Assembly (NCBI RefSeq): GCF_000142905.1
Contig: NW_013657624.1
Coordinates: 38,235 to 102,234, forward strand
Direction of reading: 5' to 3'
Length of the DNA stretch: 64,000 nt
From: Thecamonas trahens ATCC 50062
Lineage: Eukaryota; Protista; Apusomonadida
The notes below the pieces were generated by a model. The model was given only the letters and a program-made list of their open reading frames with translations, was not told the DNA's origin and ran no database searches. Both the position numbers and the translations under genes were made by a program. Below, one piece after another: positions 21,858-34,456 of this stretch; positions within the stretch are counted from its first letter, which is position 1; the number at the start of each line of letters is the position of its first letter.

Positions 21858-24800
21858 TCATGATGATGATGACGACGACGAGTAGGACGACTCGACAGAT
21901 GCCTTCGCCGCCACTTCTCCCGCCAGTGCCTTGGGTCGTGGAGGAGGCACCGGCTTGGGCGGCTTGACAAGCTCCACCGGCGCGGGCTGCGACGGCGCCT
22001 CGCCCGCTAGCAGCACATCCATCTCATCCAGCTCGAGCGAGTCAAAAGTGCCCATCGTTGCCGCGTCATTCGCGCCTCGCACATGCGCCGGCACCGCCGA
22101 GACTATCACCTCGTTCCGCGTGCCACTCTCCACGGCCTTGCCACCCCTGCTGGCCTGCTCTCCAGATCCGACCACGCTCGTGAGCACGTCGACCACCTCG
22201 GGCATCCGATGCGAGTCGACGTCGCGCGCGTTGCGTGCCAGCCACGCCTGCACCCGCTTAGACTGGGGATTCGGCGCCGAGAAGCCCGCCGTCCGATGGG
22301 CGTAGATCTCGCGGACGTCTATGAAGATGAAGTAGGCCGAGAAGAGGAGGAAGGCGACAACAAGGATGACCACAAAGGCCTCGACCACAATCGTCCGCTT
22401 GTCCGACGGCTCGAGATTGCCGGCATGCATCATGTTGGCCGCAAGGAGCACACCGAGAATGCACCCGGTGAGGCACTGCTCCATCTGGTTGTACATCGGG
22501 TAAAAGTACGGCTCATAGTAGAAGAATACCGCCATCGAGACCACAAAGGTGAGAATAAGCAGTGAGATGAGAATGGTCACCGACCGCGAGAGGAAGAGCG
22601 TGAGGATGACAATGAACAGCCGCTTGCCGAGCAGCGGCAGGAGCGCGTAGTAGTACTGCGACCGGTACAGCCGGTAGAGCATGCCATACCGCCGCATCGT
22701 TCGCATCGAGAACAGCACGTGCCGATGGCGGTACAGCGTGTACGCAATGATCCCAGGAATGCCCACAATGTAGCCGAGCACTCCTGCAAGCCCAAACGGA
22801 AAGATCGACCACCACGTCTCGTCAAAACACGCCACAGACAGGTCCGCGTCCAGCATCCACCGCCCATTGCGGAGCTTGGTGCAGTCGAATAGCAGCAGTG
22901 ACGACTGCGAGAGCGGAATGTACAGGATCGCCCCGAGTGTGTACGTGAGGAAGAGTGCCACAGGCTTGAGTGAGATCTGCTGCAGCTCGGCACACGGCCG
23001 GATCACAAACGGGAGGACCGAAAAGAACAGGTACATAAAACCGAGCACAAGCGCAAAGAGCACCGCAGGCAGGAAGAGCGAGACAAGATACGTTGCTGCC
23101 CACGACTTGGTCGAGCACTGCGTGGCGAACAGGTTGACGTCGATCGAGAACACGTTGAAAACGTTGAGCAGCGACCCCGCTGTCGACGTCCACGAAAAGT
23201 TGACAGAGCCAAAGAGGCCCAGCATCTGCGCACCCACAACAGCCAGCGAGATCGACGGCGGGAAGAGCCGTGACCGCCCGCCATTTGGCGTCGCACGCCA
23301 CCGTGCCTCCTGCTCCGCCGCGCTCAGGTTGCGGTCCTCCATCTCCGCCATCTTTCGCCGCACAAACATGACATACAGCACCAGCGCCCCAACCACAGCA
23401 CCAAGCACCACAAGGATCACAAGGAGCGCGAACAGGCCTCCAGAGCTCTTGGGGCACTTTCGGCACGTCTGATCACTCGCAGAGTAGTACCCCTCTGAGC
23501 ACGCAGAGCAGAGAAAGCCCTCATGCCCCGCCGAACACCGCTGACCAAGGCATGCGCCGCGCCGCGGGCACGGCGCAAATGTGTCCGCAGACGTCGCCGC
23601 GTACCCGGGCACCGCTACAGGCAGCTCTTCGCCGCCCGCACACGTCGCTCCCACAGGGCACGCCTTACAAATCGTTCCAGGCCCTTCAAGGCTGTAGTTG
23701 TTGACCAGGCACGTGCAGTTGGCCCGCGACTCCGCGCCTTCCAGCCCATGCGTCGACGTCCCTTCGGGACACTCCTCGCACGTCAGTTGGTTCGGTTCGG
23801 CAGAGTACGTGTCGCGCCCACACGGCACGCAGTTGTCTGTCCGCGTCGGCGAAAACGTGCCTACCACACAATACGACTCAACCGAGACTACAAACGGCGC
23901 ACCTGCGATCGGGTCGCCATTAATCGACACAATGAGCGTGTAAAGCCCGGGAGAACTGAGTACGTACGTCAGCGTGTACTCGCCGTTCCCGTGGTCTACC
24001 AGTGTTGTCGGGAAGCTCTCCCGCAAGTTCTTCAGCACCACAACAGGCCCGTCGCCGCCCAGCAGCCGGCGGTTCGATCCGGCATCGCGCGCCGTCACTG
24101 TCACGTTCGCCATGCGCTCCGCAAACACCGACGATACATCGCCTGATGCCGTCGATGCTGTCGCCACCGTCGCCGCCGGTAGCACTTCCACAACCACAGG
24201 ATTCCCGCCGCCCACCAGACCACCGTTGACACGGACCGTAAAGCTCTTCGGCCCACTCACGTCGCCCACAACCTCGCCTGGGATGCTCACTTCCCACCAC
24301 CCGTTCGTCATGTGCGACGCAACAGCGCTCGGCACTCCATCAACGGTGATCACGTCATGGCTCGAAAGGTCAACAGCGTACCCGCCCGTCGCCATCGTCT
24401 GCACCGCAAAAGTCACAGTCTCGTTGATGAGTGTGTATGGCGGATGGACCACCACGCCCTGCGCCAGGAGCCGCTCCACATCGAGCCTTCCCTGGGTGCT
24501 CATCAGCTCCGTCGTCGCCACCACCGACGACGCCGCCGGGTCCGTCATTGCACACTGCGCCGATGCCGATCCGCTCCAGGTTCCGGACCTCGGGTCGCAC
24601 TCCCGCACCCCCAGCCCCACAATTGCATAGCCCGACGAGCACGAGAACGTGCACGTCTCACCGCCAGTCGTTCCCGAGCACGAGACGCCGCCATTGGCCG
24701 GTGCCGGTAGCGGCCCGCCGCACGACACTGACGTCTCAAGCGTGCATGCAAGACTCGGCGTCGGCGTCCATACCGGTGGACTCGGTCCGTTGGCTACACA

Positions 24801-27217
24801 CTCAAACGAGCGTGGTGCCCCTGCCGCTGAAAAGTAGTTTGGCAAGCACCCAAACGTGACGACCGAGCCCACAGGCGTGTTTGGCTGCGCCATCACCTGC
24901 TGCTGGACTAGCGGTGGTGGAGCAGCATCTGGACACTCGGATGACATGAGCGCGCCACGAATCGTGGATGAAATCGCGCTCACCACATCGTTGAACGAGT
25001 CCGCCCGGGATTAAAGTTGGCCACCGCAAGATCGCGCGCCGTCCCACCACCCAGCAGCAGCAAAGGTGAGGGGTCAAACGTACCCGGCCCAGTGCCTTGA
25101 TGGAGACGGACTGAGTTTCCATTCTGCCCGCCCACAATGAGGTCGACCAGGCCATCGCCGTCCAGGTCAGCGGCATCCATAGAGTTCACGTACCCACCCG
25201 AGCCAATATACTCCTGTGGTGCCTCAAAGACTCCGTTCCCAGGATTGCTGAACACCTTGGCCTGATTCCCGGTCGCGTAGCACCCAACCAGCAAGTCGAA
25301 ATCGCCGTCGTTGTCGATGTCGGCGAGCCGGACCACAATCGGACTGCTGTGCGCCGTCGACACCACCACCTCGGCGCCAAAGTTGCCAGCGCCATCGTTG
25401 GGCGCCCACGCGATGCGGTTGCTGTTCGATCCGCACGCGACAACGTCAATGTGTGCATCGTTGTTGATCCGGCCCACCGCCACGTCCCGGATGTCGTTCA
25501 TGCCCAGAATCGCCGGACTCTGGCTCGCAAACGTCGGGCTAGCCAGCTGCCCGTCGTGCGCGTGCCAGACCACTACCGAGGGCGCGTTGCGCCGACTCGT
25601 CACCATGTCCAAAAACCCGTCGCCGTTCAAATCGGCCAGTCGGACACGTTCCACGTTCGCCACCGCAAACTGGCCGAGCTGCGAAAACCGAGTGTTGGCG
25701 TCGGCGGCATCCGTGTTGACAAAGTAGCGGACGACGTGCGAACTATGCGATGCAACCGCAATGTCGAGCGACGCAGAGCCCGCAAAATGGCCCGCAGCAA
25801 GCCCGCGCGCGCTCGTTGCCACACCAACATCATACGGGCCAACCAGCTCGAGGTACTTGCCACTCGGCTGCACATTCTCGTACCACACTACAGCGTCGCC
25901 CGAAGCAGCCGCCACGTCGGGATCGCCATCGCCATCGGCGTCAAAGGCAATGACCCCATACACCGCTGAAGCTGTCGGTGTGACCTCAAACAGCGGTGCA
26001 AAGTACGGCCGACCTTCTGCGTCGTTGCCCACGTTCATCCGCACATCCACCCTGTGCAAGTTCGAATCGACGAGCACCACGTCCGGCCGCCCGTCACCAT
26101 TGCCATCAACAACCTCGATGTCACGGATCTCAATCACCGAGTCATAAACCTTAACCTGCTCCGCAAACGGCATCGTCCCGCTTCCGCCGTCGTTGATCGC
26201 AAGCACAACGTCGTTCGACTTGCGGAAGACAAGGTCGAGGAGGCCATCGCCGGTAAAGTCGTAAGCCGCCACCTCGCGCGCGTTCGTAGACGTGACAACC
26301 AATGAGGAGAAGACGCCACTGCCATCGTTGACAAGCACAACAACCTCGTTCTGCCCGGCCACCACCACGTCGTCCGGACTGCCATCGCCACCCACGTCAG
26401 CCACCAGAACATCGTTAGGCTGAGTGAGCTCGGCGATGGCAACCGCGTCTAGAGCGTAACCACCTCCCACCGAAGTCGGGTGCCCATAGCACACGTACAC
26501 CTTGCCGCTACTGTAATCGGCAACAACAACGTCAGTCTTGCTCTGATCGCCTTCAAGCGAGCCGACGGCCAGAGAGTAGATGCTGCCAAAGTCACCCATG
26601 ATCTTTCTGGGGTGGGTAAACAGCTCATCGGCCTTTTCACCAGCCAAAAGGCCAAAGTTGTAAGCCACGTATACGGTGTTTGAAGAGGCGTGAACAAAGT
26701 CCAGATGACCATCACCATCCACATCATGAATGATGACAGAACGGATCGAGCTGATCTGGACCGAGAGAATTGTCGAAGTATCAAAGGAAATAATGTTGGG
26801 AATGCCGGTATTCCGGTAGAACCTCACACCCTGGTTTGCAACGTAGGCGGTAAGTAGGTCTGTCGCACCATCGCCATCCAGGTCACCTGCATCCACAACG
26901 ACCGCACTCGACAAGGTATCGACCAACTCCATGGGTCCGTAACCGTTTCCGAGAGAGGCAAAGCAGACGAGTCCATCATAGTACGATGCCACACAAATGT
27001 CCAGTCCAGCATCTCCCGAGTTGTCCGCATCAAGTAGTGCTGCTGAGTAAGGTGCGTTGAGTTGGGAGCTTGTTTGAGTGAGGATAAAGTGGGGCGAGAG
27101 TTGAACAGGACTTGCAGCTGCGAACATTGCAAGCCATAGGCAGAGGCAAAGCGAAAGAGAGAGGAAGCTGCGCCGTGCAAGAACCATGCACCGCCTCACC
27201 ACATCCGTGTATGACAT
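21858..27217 (-). CDS. Giant surface protein: signal peptide, FG-GAP/VCBS repeats, 2 sushi, filamin-Ig, Cys-rich (GCC2/TNFR-like) repeats, ~9 TM helices; apparent frameshift at ~25005
   Basis: Many DxDGDGxxD motifs; CCP motifs (C..P..NG..C..C.FSC..GY..G..REC....W); filamin (DHGNGEYTLTY..GLYTLIVSINGDPIAGAPF). The two ORFs join as VANFNPG/ADSFNDVVSAI, which completes an FG-GAP repeat. Confidence 0.85.
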
Positions 27218-27390
27218 GTTGCGTATGCTTGTGCGTATGACTACTCCTTCAACTGGTGAAGAGAGTCGAATGGCGGTGGGTGCAGTTGCCGTTGCGTGGC
27301 GGGCCGGAAAGGGGGGGGGGGGGGGGGAGTGGTTTTTTTGGATTGGGGCGCCTACATGGCCAGCCCCAGTGGAAGAGAGGATACTACAGG

Positions 27391-29239
27391 TTAGCCCGAA
27401 GTGAAGAAGCCGATGCGGCGGCCGTAGAGCTCGCGGAAGCGGTTGTAGAGCGCAGGCTGGCGCTGCTGAAGGACGTCGGGCGCGGTACAGAAGCAGACCA
27501 TGATGGCGGCGACACCCGAGTTGACGACCTCAAAGACAGTCGAGGCCTCGATGAGGCCGATGAAGAAGCAGATGATGACAAGGACGATGAGGTAGGGCAG
27601 GGCGTGAGCCGAGGTGCCGAGCTCGTAAGCGCCCCAAGCAAAGGCGGCAAGGGCGACCATGAGGCCCGAGACAAAGGACGAGAAGCCGAGGACCGAGCCG
27701 ATGAGGTCATCGTTGACGATCACGTCAAAGCCGTGCGACTTGAACAGATCCCAGGTGTCCGACGCAGCCTCGCGGTAGCCCTTGCCGTAGACAGCGACCT
27801 GGGTAAAGGCGTAGACGTTAAAGTACTGGACGAGCGACTCGATGCAGCCGAGGAGGCAGTCGGCGCAGGCGACAACAAACTGGTTGCGGTTGGCACGGCG
27901 CGCCGAGCGGAGAACAAAGCGGACGGTCTGGATGACGGCAATGATGAGCGAGCCGAAGCAGACTGAGCCGAACGAGTACGTCGTTGCACGCTTGAACGCG
28001 CCCACCGTCGGGTTGGCCGGGAACTCGGCCGAGCCGGCGAAAAAGTACCACGTGGCAAAGGTGCCAGCCGAGGTCACGTGGATCACGTTCTTGATCACCT
28101 GCGCCACCCAGTAAAAGACAAAGACGCAGAGGACGTAGAGCCCAGCGTTGTTGATGTTGGCCGCCGACGAGGCGCCAAAGACCCACATCACCACCCACGT
28201 CAGCAGAGCAAAGAGCGAGAGGAACGAGAAGCCGACCATGGCCGGGAACTCGTGCACCACGCCAACCGTCGTCGCCAGCATCTGCGCCGCAAACGGAATC
28301 CGCCGCCGCCAGAAAAAGTAGAACAGGACAGAGATGCAAGCAAAGAAGAGCCAGATGAGCCCGCCAATGATGATGCCGTACGCAAAGAACAGGATGGCGA
28401 TGCCAAAGCAGATGACCACGTTGGTGATGAGCGCAATGTAGATCATCTGCTTCGGGAACTGCTTGCAGATCTGGAGCCAGAGCGCTGCAAACAGAAGGCC
28501 CAGCCCGGTGCAGTACGCCGCAATCCGGCCCATCTTGCGCAGCAGCTCCGGATCGAGGTCGCTCCCGGATGACTTCTCCTGCCCATCGTTTTCCGAGTGC
28601 TTGTGCTCGTTGAGGAAGTTGCGGTTCCACGTTGCGGCCGAGAAGACGACGAATGCTGCACAGAGTCGCACGTGCGAGGTCACGGGTTGGTGCGTGAGAG
28701 GGGGGGGGGGAGATGGGTGAGTGTGAGCGGAACGGAACAGGGGGGGACGGGGACGGGGATGGGGACGGGGACGGGAAGGCAGGGGAGGGGGAGGAAGGGG
28801 GAGGGAGAGGGGGGGAGTCAGGGAAAGGGCGTGGCGGCCATGACGGCGGGGTTGATCGTGTTCGTGATCGTGATCAAAAGCTGGGAGGCACAGGGAAGGG
28901 GGGCAGGGGAGGGGGGACAGGGGAGGGGAGCAGGGGAGGGGACGGCAAGCAAGACGGTGGGTGTCAGGGGATGACGGCCACCGGAGAGTGGAGGGGGAGG
29001 GCGAGGGCGAGGGGCGTGGCGGAGGGCATGCGCGTACCCACGAGGAGGAGGACAAAGGCGACCGCGAAGGGCACGTCCTTCCACAGCGACGGCGGAGCGG
29101 GCGGCGGGCCCTGTCGCCGGCCATGCTCATTGGCGATGAGCGGAGCTTGATCAGAGTACATCGGAGGAGGTGCGCTACTCACACCTTTGCCCACAGGCTC
29201 GGTATATCCCGGCGGCGGAAGGCCTGACGATGACGACAT
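27391..29239 (-). CDS. Choline transporter-like (CTL/SLC44, PNS1-type); intron 28656-29037
   Basis: WKDVPFAVAF, RRRIPFA, YWVAQVIKNVIHVTSAG, YSFGSVCFGSLI, FNVYAFTQVAVYGKGY; GTACGC..CAG intron. Confidence 0.9.
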
Positions 29240-29289
29240 GCCGTGGTGACTTGCGACGAGTGCCACACTTATCGCCACCACGGCCACGG

Positions 29290-29332
<43 letters not shown>

Positions 29333-29435
29333 TACAACCACAACCACTCCTCTCCATCTACACACACACGCACATACACACACACACACATACACACACA
29401 CACACACATATACTTCCTTCTCAGAAAATCACATC

Positions 29436-30686
29436 ATGTTCTCCATGCTTGGACTCTGCCGTGGAGTGACCATGGGTTGGCGGCGGACGGCTACATCGGG
29501 AAAGGTGGCCGGAGCAGCAGGCGTGGCTGGTCTGGGCAGGCTTCATGAACACATTGCTCAGGCTTCGTCGCAGGCATTTGATTCAGCACGGGCAAAGGTA
29601 GACAGTCTGAACAAGCGGCCGTCGAACGAGACACTGCTCCGGCTGTATGCGCTGTACAAGCAGGCGACGGTTGGCCCGTGCGAGACTGATCGTCCGTCGA
29701 TGCTCAACATGGTCAACCGCGCAAAGTGGGATGCTTGGCACGGACTGAGTGACATGCCGCAGGAGGACGCCCAGGATGCATACATCCAGCTGGTCGATGG
29801 CCTGGTCAAGGAAAATGCCGACGAGATGGCATCGACATCAGACAGCGCCGCCGCCGCTCCGGCTCAAGGCTACCTGCCTGAGTCGTCCAACATGCGGACC
29901 GAGATGCTGGACAACGGAGTGGCGCATGTCCAGCTGACCTCGCTCACTGTGGCGCCGTCGTTCTTTACCGATCTGGGTGCCACCTTTTCGGCGCTCGGGG
30001 CCATGCCCGAGGTCAACGTGGTGGTGCTCTCTGCGGAGCGTGGGGCGCGGGCCTTCTCGTACGGGCTCAACGTCGAGGCTACCATGGCCGAGTTTGGGCA
30101 TGTGCTGATGGACAAGTCGCGCAAGCCGGAAATGTACGCCGAGCTGAAGAAGTGGCAGGCCTCGATCTCGACGCTGGCCACCATCGAGGTCCCGGTCATC
30201 GCTGCCGTCCACTCGCACTGCATCGGCGCCGGCGTTGACATCATCACCGCCGCCGACATCCGCCTCGCCGCCCGCGACGCCAACTTTTCAGTCCGTGAGG
30301 CCCAGCTCGGCATCACCGCCGACATGGGCTCGCTCCAGCGGCTGCCGCACATTGTGGGCCAGGGCCACACACGCCACCTTGCGCTCACCGCTTGCGACGT
30401 CGACGCGCCCACCGCCGCCGCCATGGGCCTCGTTGCGCCACAGCTCGCCGACGACGCCGACGCCGTCATCGACGCCGCACTCGACATGGCCCAGACCATC
30501 GCCGCCAACCCGCGCCCGGCCGTCACCGGCACCAAGCACATCCTCAACCATCTCATCGACAACTCGGTCGAGTCGGAGCTCGACTACGTCGCGCTGTACA
30601 ACACGGCCGTCCTTGACTTTGACGTCATCTCCGAGGCGTACATCAAGGCCCAAAAGGCGCGCGCTGCCGCCAAGGCCAACAACTAA
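29436..30686 (+). CDS. Acyl-CoA-binding domain fused to a crotonase domain (ECH1/dienoyl-CoA isomerase-like)
   Basis: ACBP motifs LRLYALYKQATVG..KWDAW..AQDAYIQLV. Crotonase motif PVIAAVHSHCIGAGVDIITAADIR..FSVREAQLGITADMGSLQRLP. Confidence 0.9.
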   Translation: MFSMLGLCRGVTMGWRRTATSGKVAGAAGVAGLGRLHEHIAQASSQAFDSARAKVDSLNKRPSNETLLRLYALYKQATVGPCETDRPSMLNMVNRAKWDAWHGLSDMPQEDAQDAYIQLVDGLVKENADEMASTSDSAAAAPAQGYLPESSNMRTEMLDNGVAHVQLTSLTVAPSFFTDLGATFSALGAMPEVNVVVLSAERGARAFSYGLNVEATMAEFGHVLMDKSRKPEMYAELKKWQASISTLATIEVPVIAAVHSHCIGAGVDIITAADIRLAARDANFSVREAQLGITADMGSLQRLPHIVGQGHTRHLALTACDVDAPTAAAMGLVAPQLADDADAVIDAALDMAQTIAANPRPAVTGTKHILNHLIDNSVESELDYVALYNTAVLDFDVISEAYIKAQKARAAAKANN

Positions 30687-30850
30687 TACCCGTCTTGAAC
30701 CACGACCAGAATGGGAGGAAAGGGGAGAGAGAGAGAGAGGGGGGGGGGGGGGAGCAATCTGGTCGGCACTCGCACCACATCGCGTGTCGACATCGGGACC
30801 GAGACCAAGCACGACTGCGCCGCACCACTCGACGCACCGACTGACCAACC

Positions 30851-33163
30851 ATGTCCAGTGTACGTATCCGACCGATCACCCACACCTGAGCTAGAGAATG
30901 TTCCCATAGCCTATGGATACATGCTGGGGAAGGGGAAGGCTGGGCTGACTGTCTGGCCCGGCTGTGTGTGGTGGTGGTGGTGCTGGCTGGCGGAGAGGAG
31001 GAGGGGAGGGGGGAGGGGAGAGGGGGAGGCTGTGGTCGTGAAGCCTTCAGTGGCTTCGCGAAGGTTTCGGTCGCCGAGACGGCATGGGTGGGCGCGACTT
31101 GCTTGGCATCCAAGGCCTGCATCATGATGTTTGAGAGCGGGGAAAGTAGCTAGTGAGGAAGATATAGAGCTTCTGGTGGTAGAGGTTAATACTGGTTGTC
31201 CTGAGGGGTGGGAATCGTTTGTATGGGTGGGTAGAAGGGTGACCCGAAGCCGCCCCCTCGTGTCCGAGTGATCGTGATCGCGATCATGATCATGATCATG
31301 ATCACGAACACGATCCTTGGCCAGGGGCTGCGGTCATGCTGCTGCACATGGGCATGGGCATGGATTGGTGAGTCACGACTGTGCACTTGTACACTGGCCA
31401 CACTCAAAGACAGTATGCCATACTCACTTGCTCATTATGGTGGTCAACAGGCTGAAGCGCTCAAGAACGAGGGCAACGCGGCCTTTACGGCCAAGGACTA
31501 CGAGACGGCCGTGGCCAAGTTTACGGCGGCCATTGAGGCCGACGCCAACTACCATGTGGCGTACTCGAACCGCTCGGCGGCGTACTCAGCAATGGGAAAG
31601 TACGACGATGCTCTGGCTGACGCCGAGAAGGTGATCGAGATCAAGGGCGACTGGCCTAAGGGCTACCTGCGCAAGGCCACTGCGCTCCGGTTCCTGGGGC
31701 GGACTGACGACGCGATGGCTGCCTACGACACTGGCCTGGAGGCTACGTCGGGTGCGCAGGCTATTGCCGATGCCAAGGCCAAGTTTGAGGCCGAGGCCGC
31801 GCCTGCCAATCCGCTCGCCTCGCTCTTTGACGAGACGGTGTGGACTAAGATTGCGACCAACCCGCAGACGCGCGAGTACATGAGCCAGCCGGACTTTGTG
31901 CAGATGATCCAGGCGGTGCAGAATGACAAGTCCGGGACTGCCGTCCAGCAGTACATGCAGGATCCGCGGTTCCAGGCCGTCTTCATGATGCTCCTCGGCG
32001 CCAACATGCCGCCCGGCGCCAACAACCCATTTGCGGCCGCCGCCGCCGACGGTGCGGCAGCCGCCGCCGAGTCATCGGCCCCGCCGTCGAGCTCGCAGCC
32101 CGAGCCGGCGCCCGAGCCGGTGCCCGAGCCCGAGCCCGAGGTCGACGAGGAGGCCAAGGCCCGCGCCGAGACCAAGGCCCGCGCCGACGCTATCAAGAGC
32201 GAAGGCAATGCGCTGTACAAGAAGGGCAAGTTTGACGACGCACTCGCCAAGTACCGTGAGGCTGAGTCGCTCCTCCCTGACGAGGTCACGTACATCCTCA
32301 ACCAGGCCTCGGTCTTCCTCGAGAAGGGCGAGTACGAGACGTGCATTGAGACGTGCGAGAAGGCTATGGACGTTGCCCGCGAGACCCGCGCCGACTACGC
32401 CACCCTTGCCAAGATCCTCACCCGCAAGGGCAACTGCTTCCTCCGCCAGAAGATGTACGACGAGGCCATTGCTGCGTTCGAGTCGGCTCAGCGCGAGCAC
32501 CGCACCGCGCCCACGCTCAAGCTCATCAACAAGACCAAGCGCCTCAAGCGCGAGGCCGCCGCCAAGGCGTACTACGACGACGACAAGGCCGCCGCCGCCA
32601 AGGCCGAGGGAAATGACGCCTTCCGCGCCCAGGACTATCCGACCGCTGTCAAGCACTACACCGAGGCTATCAAGCGCAACCCGAAGGACCACACGTTCTA
32701 CTCCAACCGCGCCGCGTCGTACATCAAGCTCGGCGCCCTGCCCGAGGCTCTCAAGGACATCGAGGCCTGCCTCGAGATCAAGCCCGACTTTATCCGCGCC
32801 TACTCGCGCCGTGGCCAGATCGAGTTCCTCATGCGTCAGTACCACAAGTGCATCGACACGTACCAGACCATGCTCGAGCTCGAGCCCGAGAACACAGAGG
32901 CCAAGGAGCAGATGATCAAGGTCGAGAACGCCATCCGCGCCCGCGAGCTCAACCCGCCGGGCACTCCCGAGGAGCAGGAGGCCGAGCGCGCACGCGCCCT
33001 CTCCGACCCGGACATCCAGCGCCTCTACGCCGACCCCAACGTCCAGTCGGCTCTCCAGGCCATGGCCTCAGACCCCGCCGCCGCCAAGGACCTCATGGCC
33101 GACCCGTCCATGTCGGTCAAGATTCTCAAGCTCCGTGCCGCTGGCGTCATCCGCTTTGGCTAA
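30851..33163 (+). CDS. STI1: Hsp70/Hsp90 organising protein STI1/HOP; micro-exon MSS and intron 30860-31450
   Basis: TPR1-DP1-TPR2A-TPR2B-DP2 layout (LKNEGNAAF, YSNRSAAY, KSEGNALYK, YSNRAASYIKL, LRAAGVIRFG). ATG TCC AGT|GTACGT..CAG|GCT GAA. Confidence 0.93.
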
Positions 33164-33295
33164 CGCGGGCAGTAAACATCGCTTCGGCTCCCATCGCCCC
33201 CCAATGCCCACCAGCAGCCGAGCACTGCCCGTCCGTTAGAAGCCACACTTGTCTTGCACCCCGCCCAGCCCGTCTAGCCGGTCTTTCTTGCACTC

Positions 33296-34145
33296 ATGGC
33301 CGCCCACGCCGAGTCTACCGAGCTTGTGGCCCTCCTCCGTCGCCGATGCGGCGATCCCGAGGCTGCGCTTGCCGCCTGCCGCCAGCGCGAGGGTCCCCTC
33401 CATCCAAAGTGTCGCAAGTGTACGTCGATGCCAGTAGCCGAGTAAGGGGGGAGGGGGGGGGGGGGGGGAGCAGGAGCGATGAACTCACGAGGTTTTTCAC
33501 ACGAAATGCGCGAAAAAATGCTGCATGCCGAATGGTGCCCGATGAACGTGACGCGGGCCGGGCTGGCGGGTTGCGGGAGCAGTTGAGACTGCGGTGGGCC
33601 TCTGCAGGGCACGGGCCGGGTGCCCGTCCATCGTAGCCGACTACGAAGCGTGTCTTGAGGTCCATCTCCAGAGCGCTGCAGGCGGCGATGCGGCAGCCAG
33701 CCAGCTGGATCTCATGGCGCAGCATCCCGAGACAGCAGTGTGTCAGGCGGAGGCGAGCAAGCTGTCGACATGCGCCATGGCGGTGGCCCAGCTAGTCGAC
33801 GGCGCACCGGCGCCTGTGCCCCGCGGGGTGGAGGCCGAGCTCACCGCCGCTTGCCGCAAGGTCAACGACAAGCTCGCGGCGTGCGAAGCGAGACAATCAC
33901 GCGGTGTGGTCCCTGCTCAACCTGGGGCGTGTGCCAAGGCCAGGGAAGCCGCCCTCCTCTGCGCAGGCCGGGTCGTCTGCCCGGCCGACACGGCTGCGCT
34001 CTCGGCCTGCCGCACTCGCACCCTCTGGGGATGGCTCCCGTTTGCAGACTGCGAGCCTGCGACCGATGCTGTCCACCGATGCCTTGCCGCCTTTTACGCC
34101 ACTCTGGCCAAGCGGAAGCAGCTCAATGCCGCCGCCGGTCGATGA
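33296..34145 (+). CDS. Protein with eight CX9C motifs (four CHCH-like hairpins); intron 33420-33582
   Basis: Splicing GTACGT..CAG gives 228 aa and recreates an exact CX9C across the junction (C-RKFETAVGL-C). All 16 Cys lie in CX9C spacing. Confidence 0.8.
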
Positions 34146-34456
34146 TGGTTTAGCCCGGGGGCTCGATGAGCGGGGAGGGCTACCAGGGCTACATCGAGAT
34201 GTGAGAGGAAGATGGCCGTCTGCCTGTGTGAAGGAGATCATCCAAAGCAACAGAAAGAGAAAGAACGAGAGCGAGGGCGTGGATGAGGCCAAGCACGCAT
34301 AGACAAGGGCAAGAAGAGCGAGGACAAAGGGGACGAAATCGAGATCGAGAGGCGAGAGAGAACGAGGGCAAGCGAGTGAGCGAGGACGAGAGACGAGGGT
34401 GAGATCGAGAGGCGAGAGAGCGAGGGCGAGCTCAGCGATGTGTACATCTCGACAGT

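Noticed and set aside
31124-31204. ATGATGT..CTGA pair in the STI1 intron (possible C/D snoRNA)
   Set aside because: Imperfect C box, weak terminal stem and no identifiable guide.
33532-33636. Alternative start MVPDER.. plus a frameshift for the CX9C gene
   Set aside because: A canonical intron (33420-33582) explains the structure better and restores an exact CX9C.
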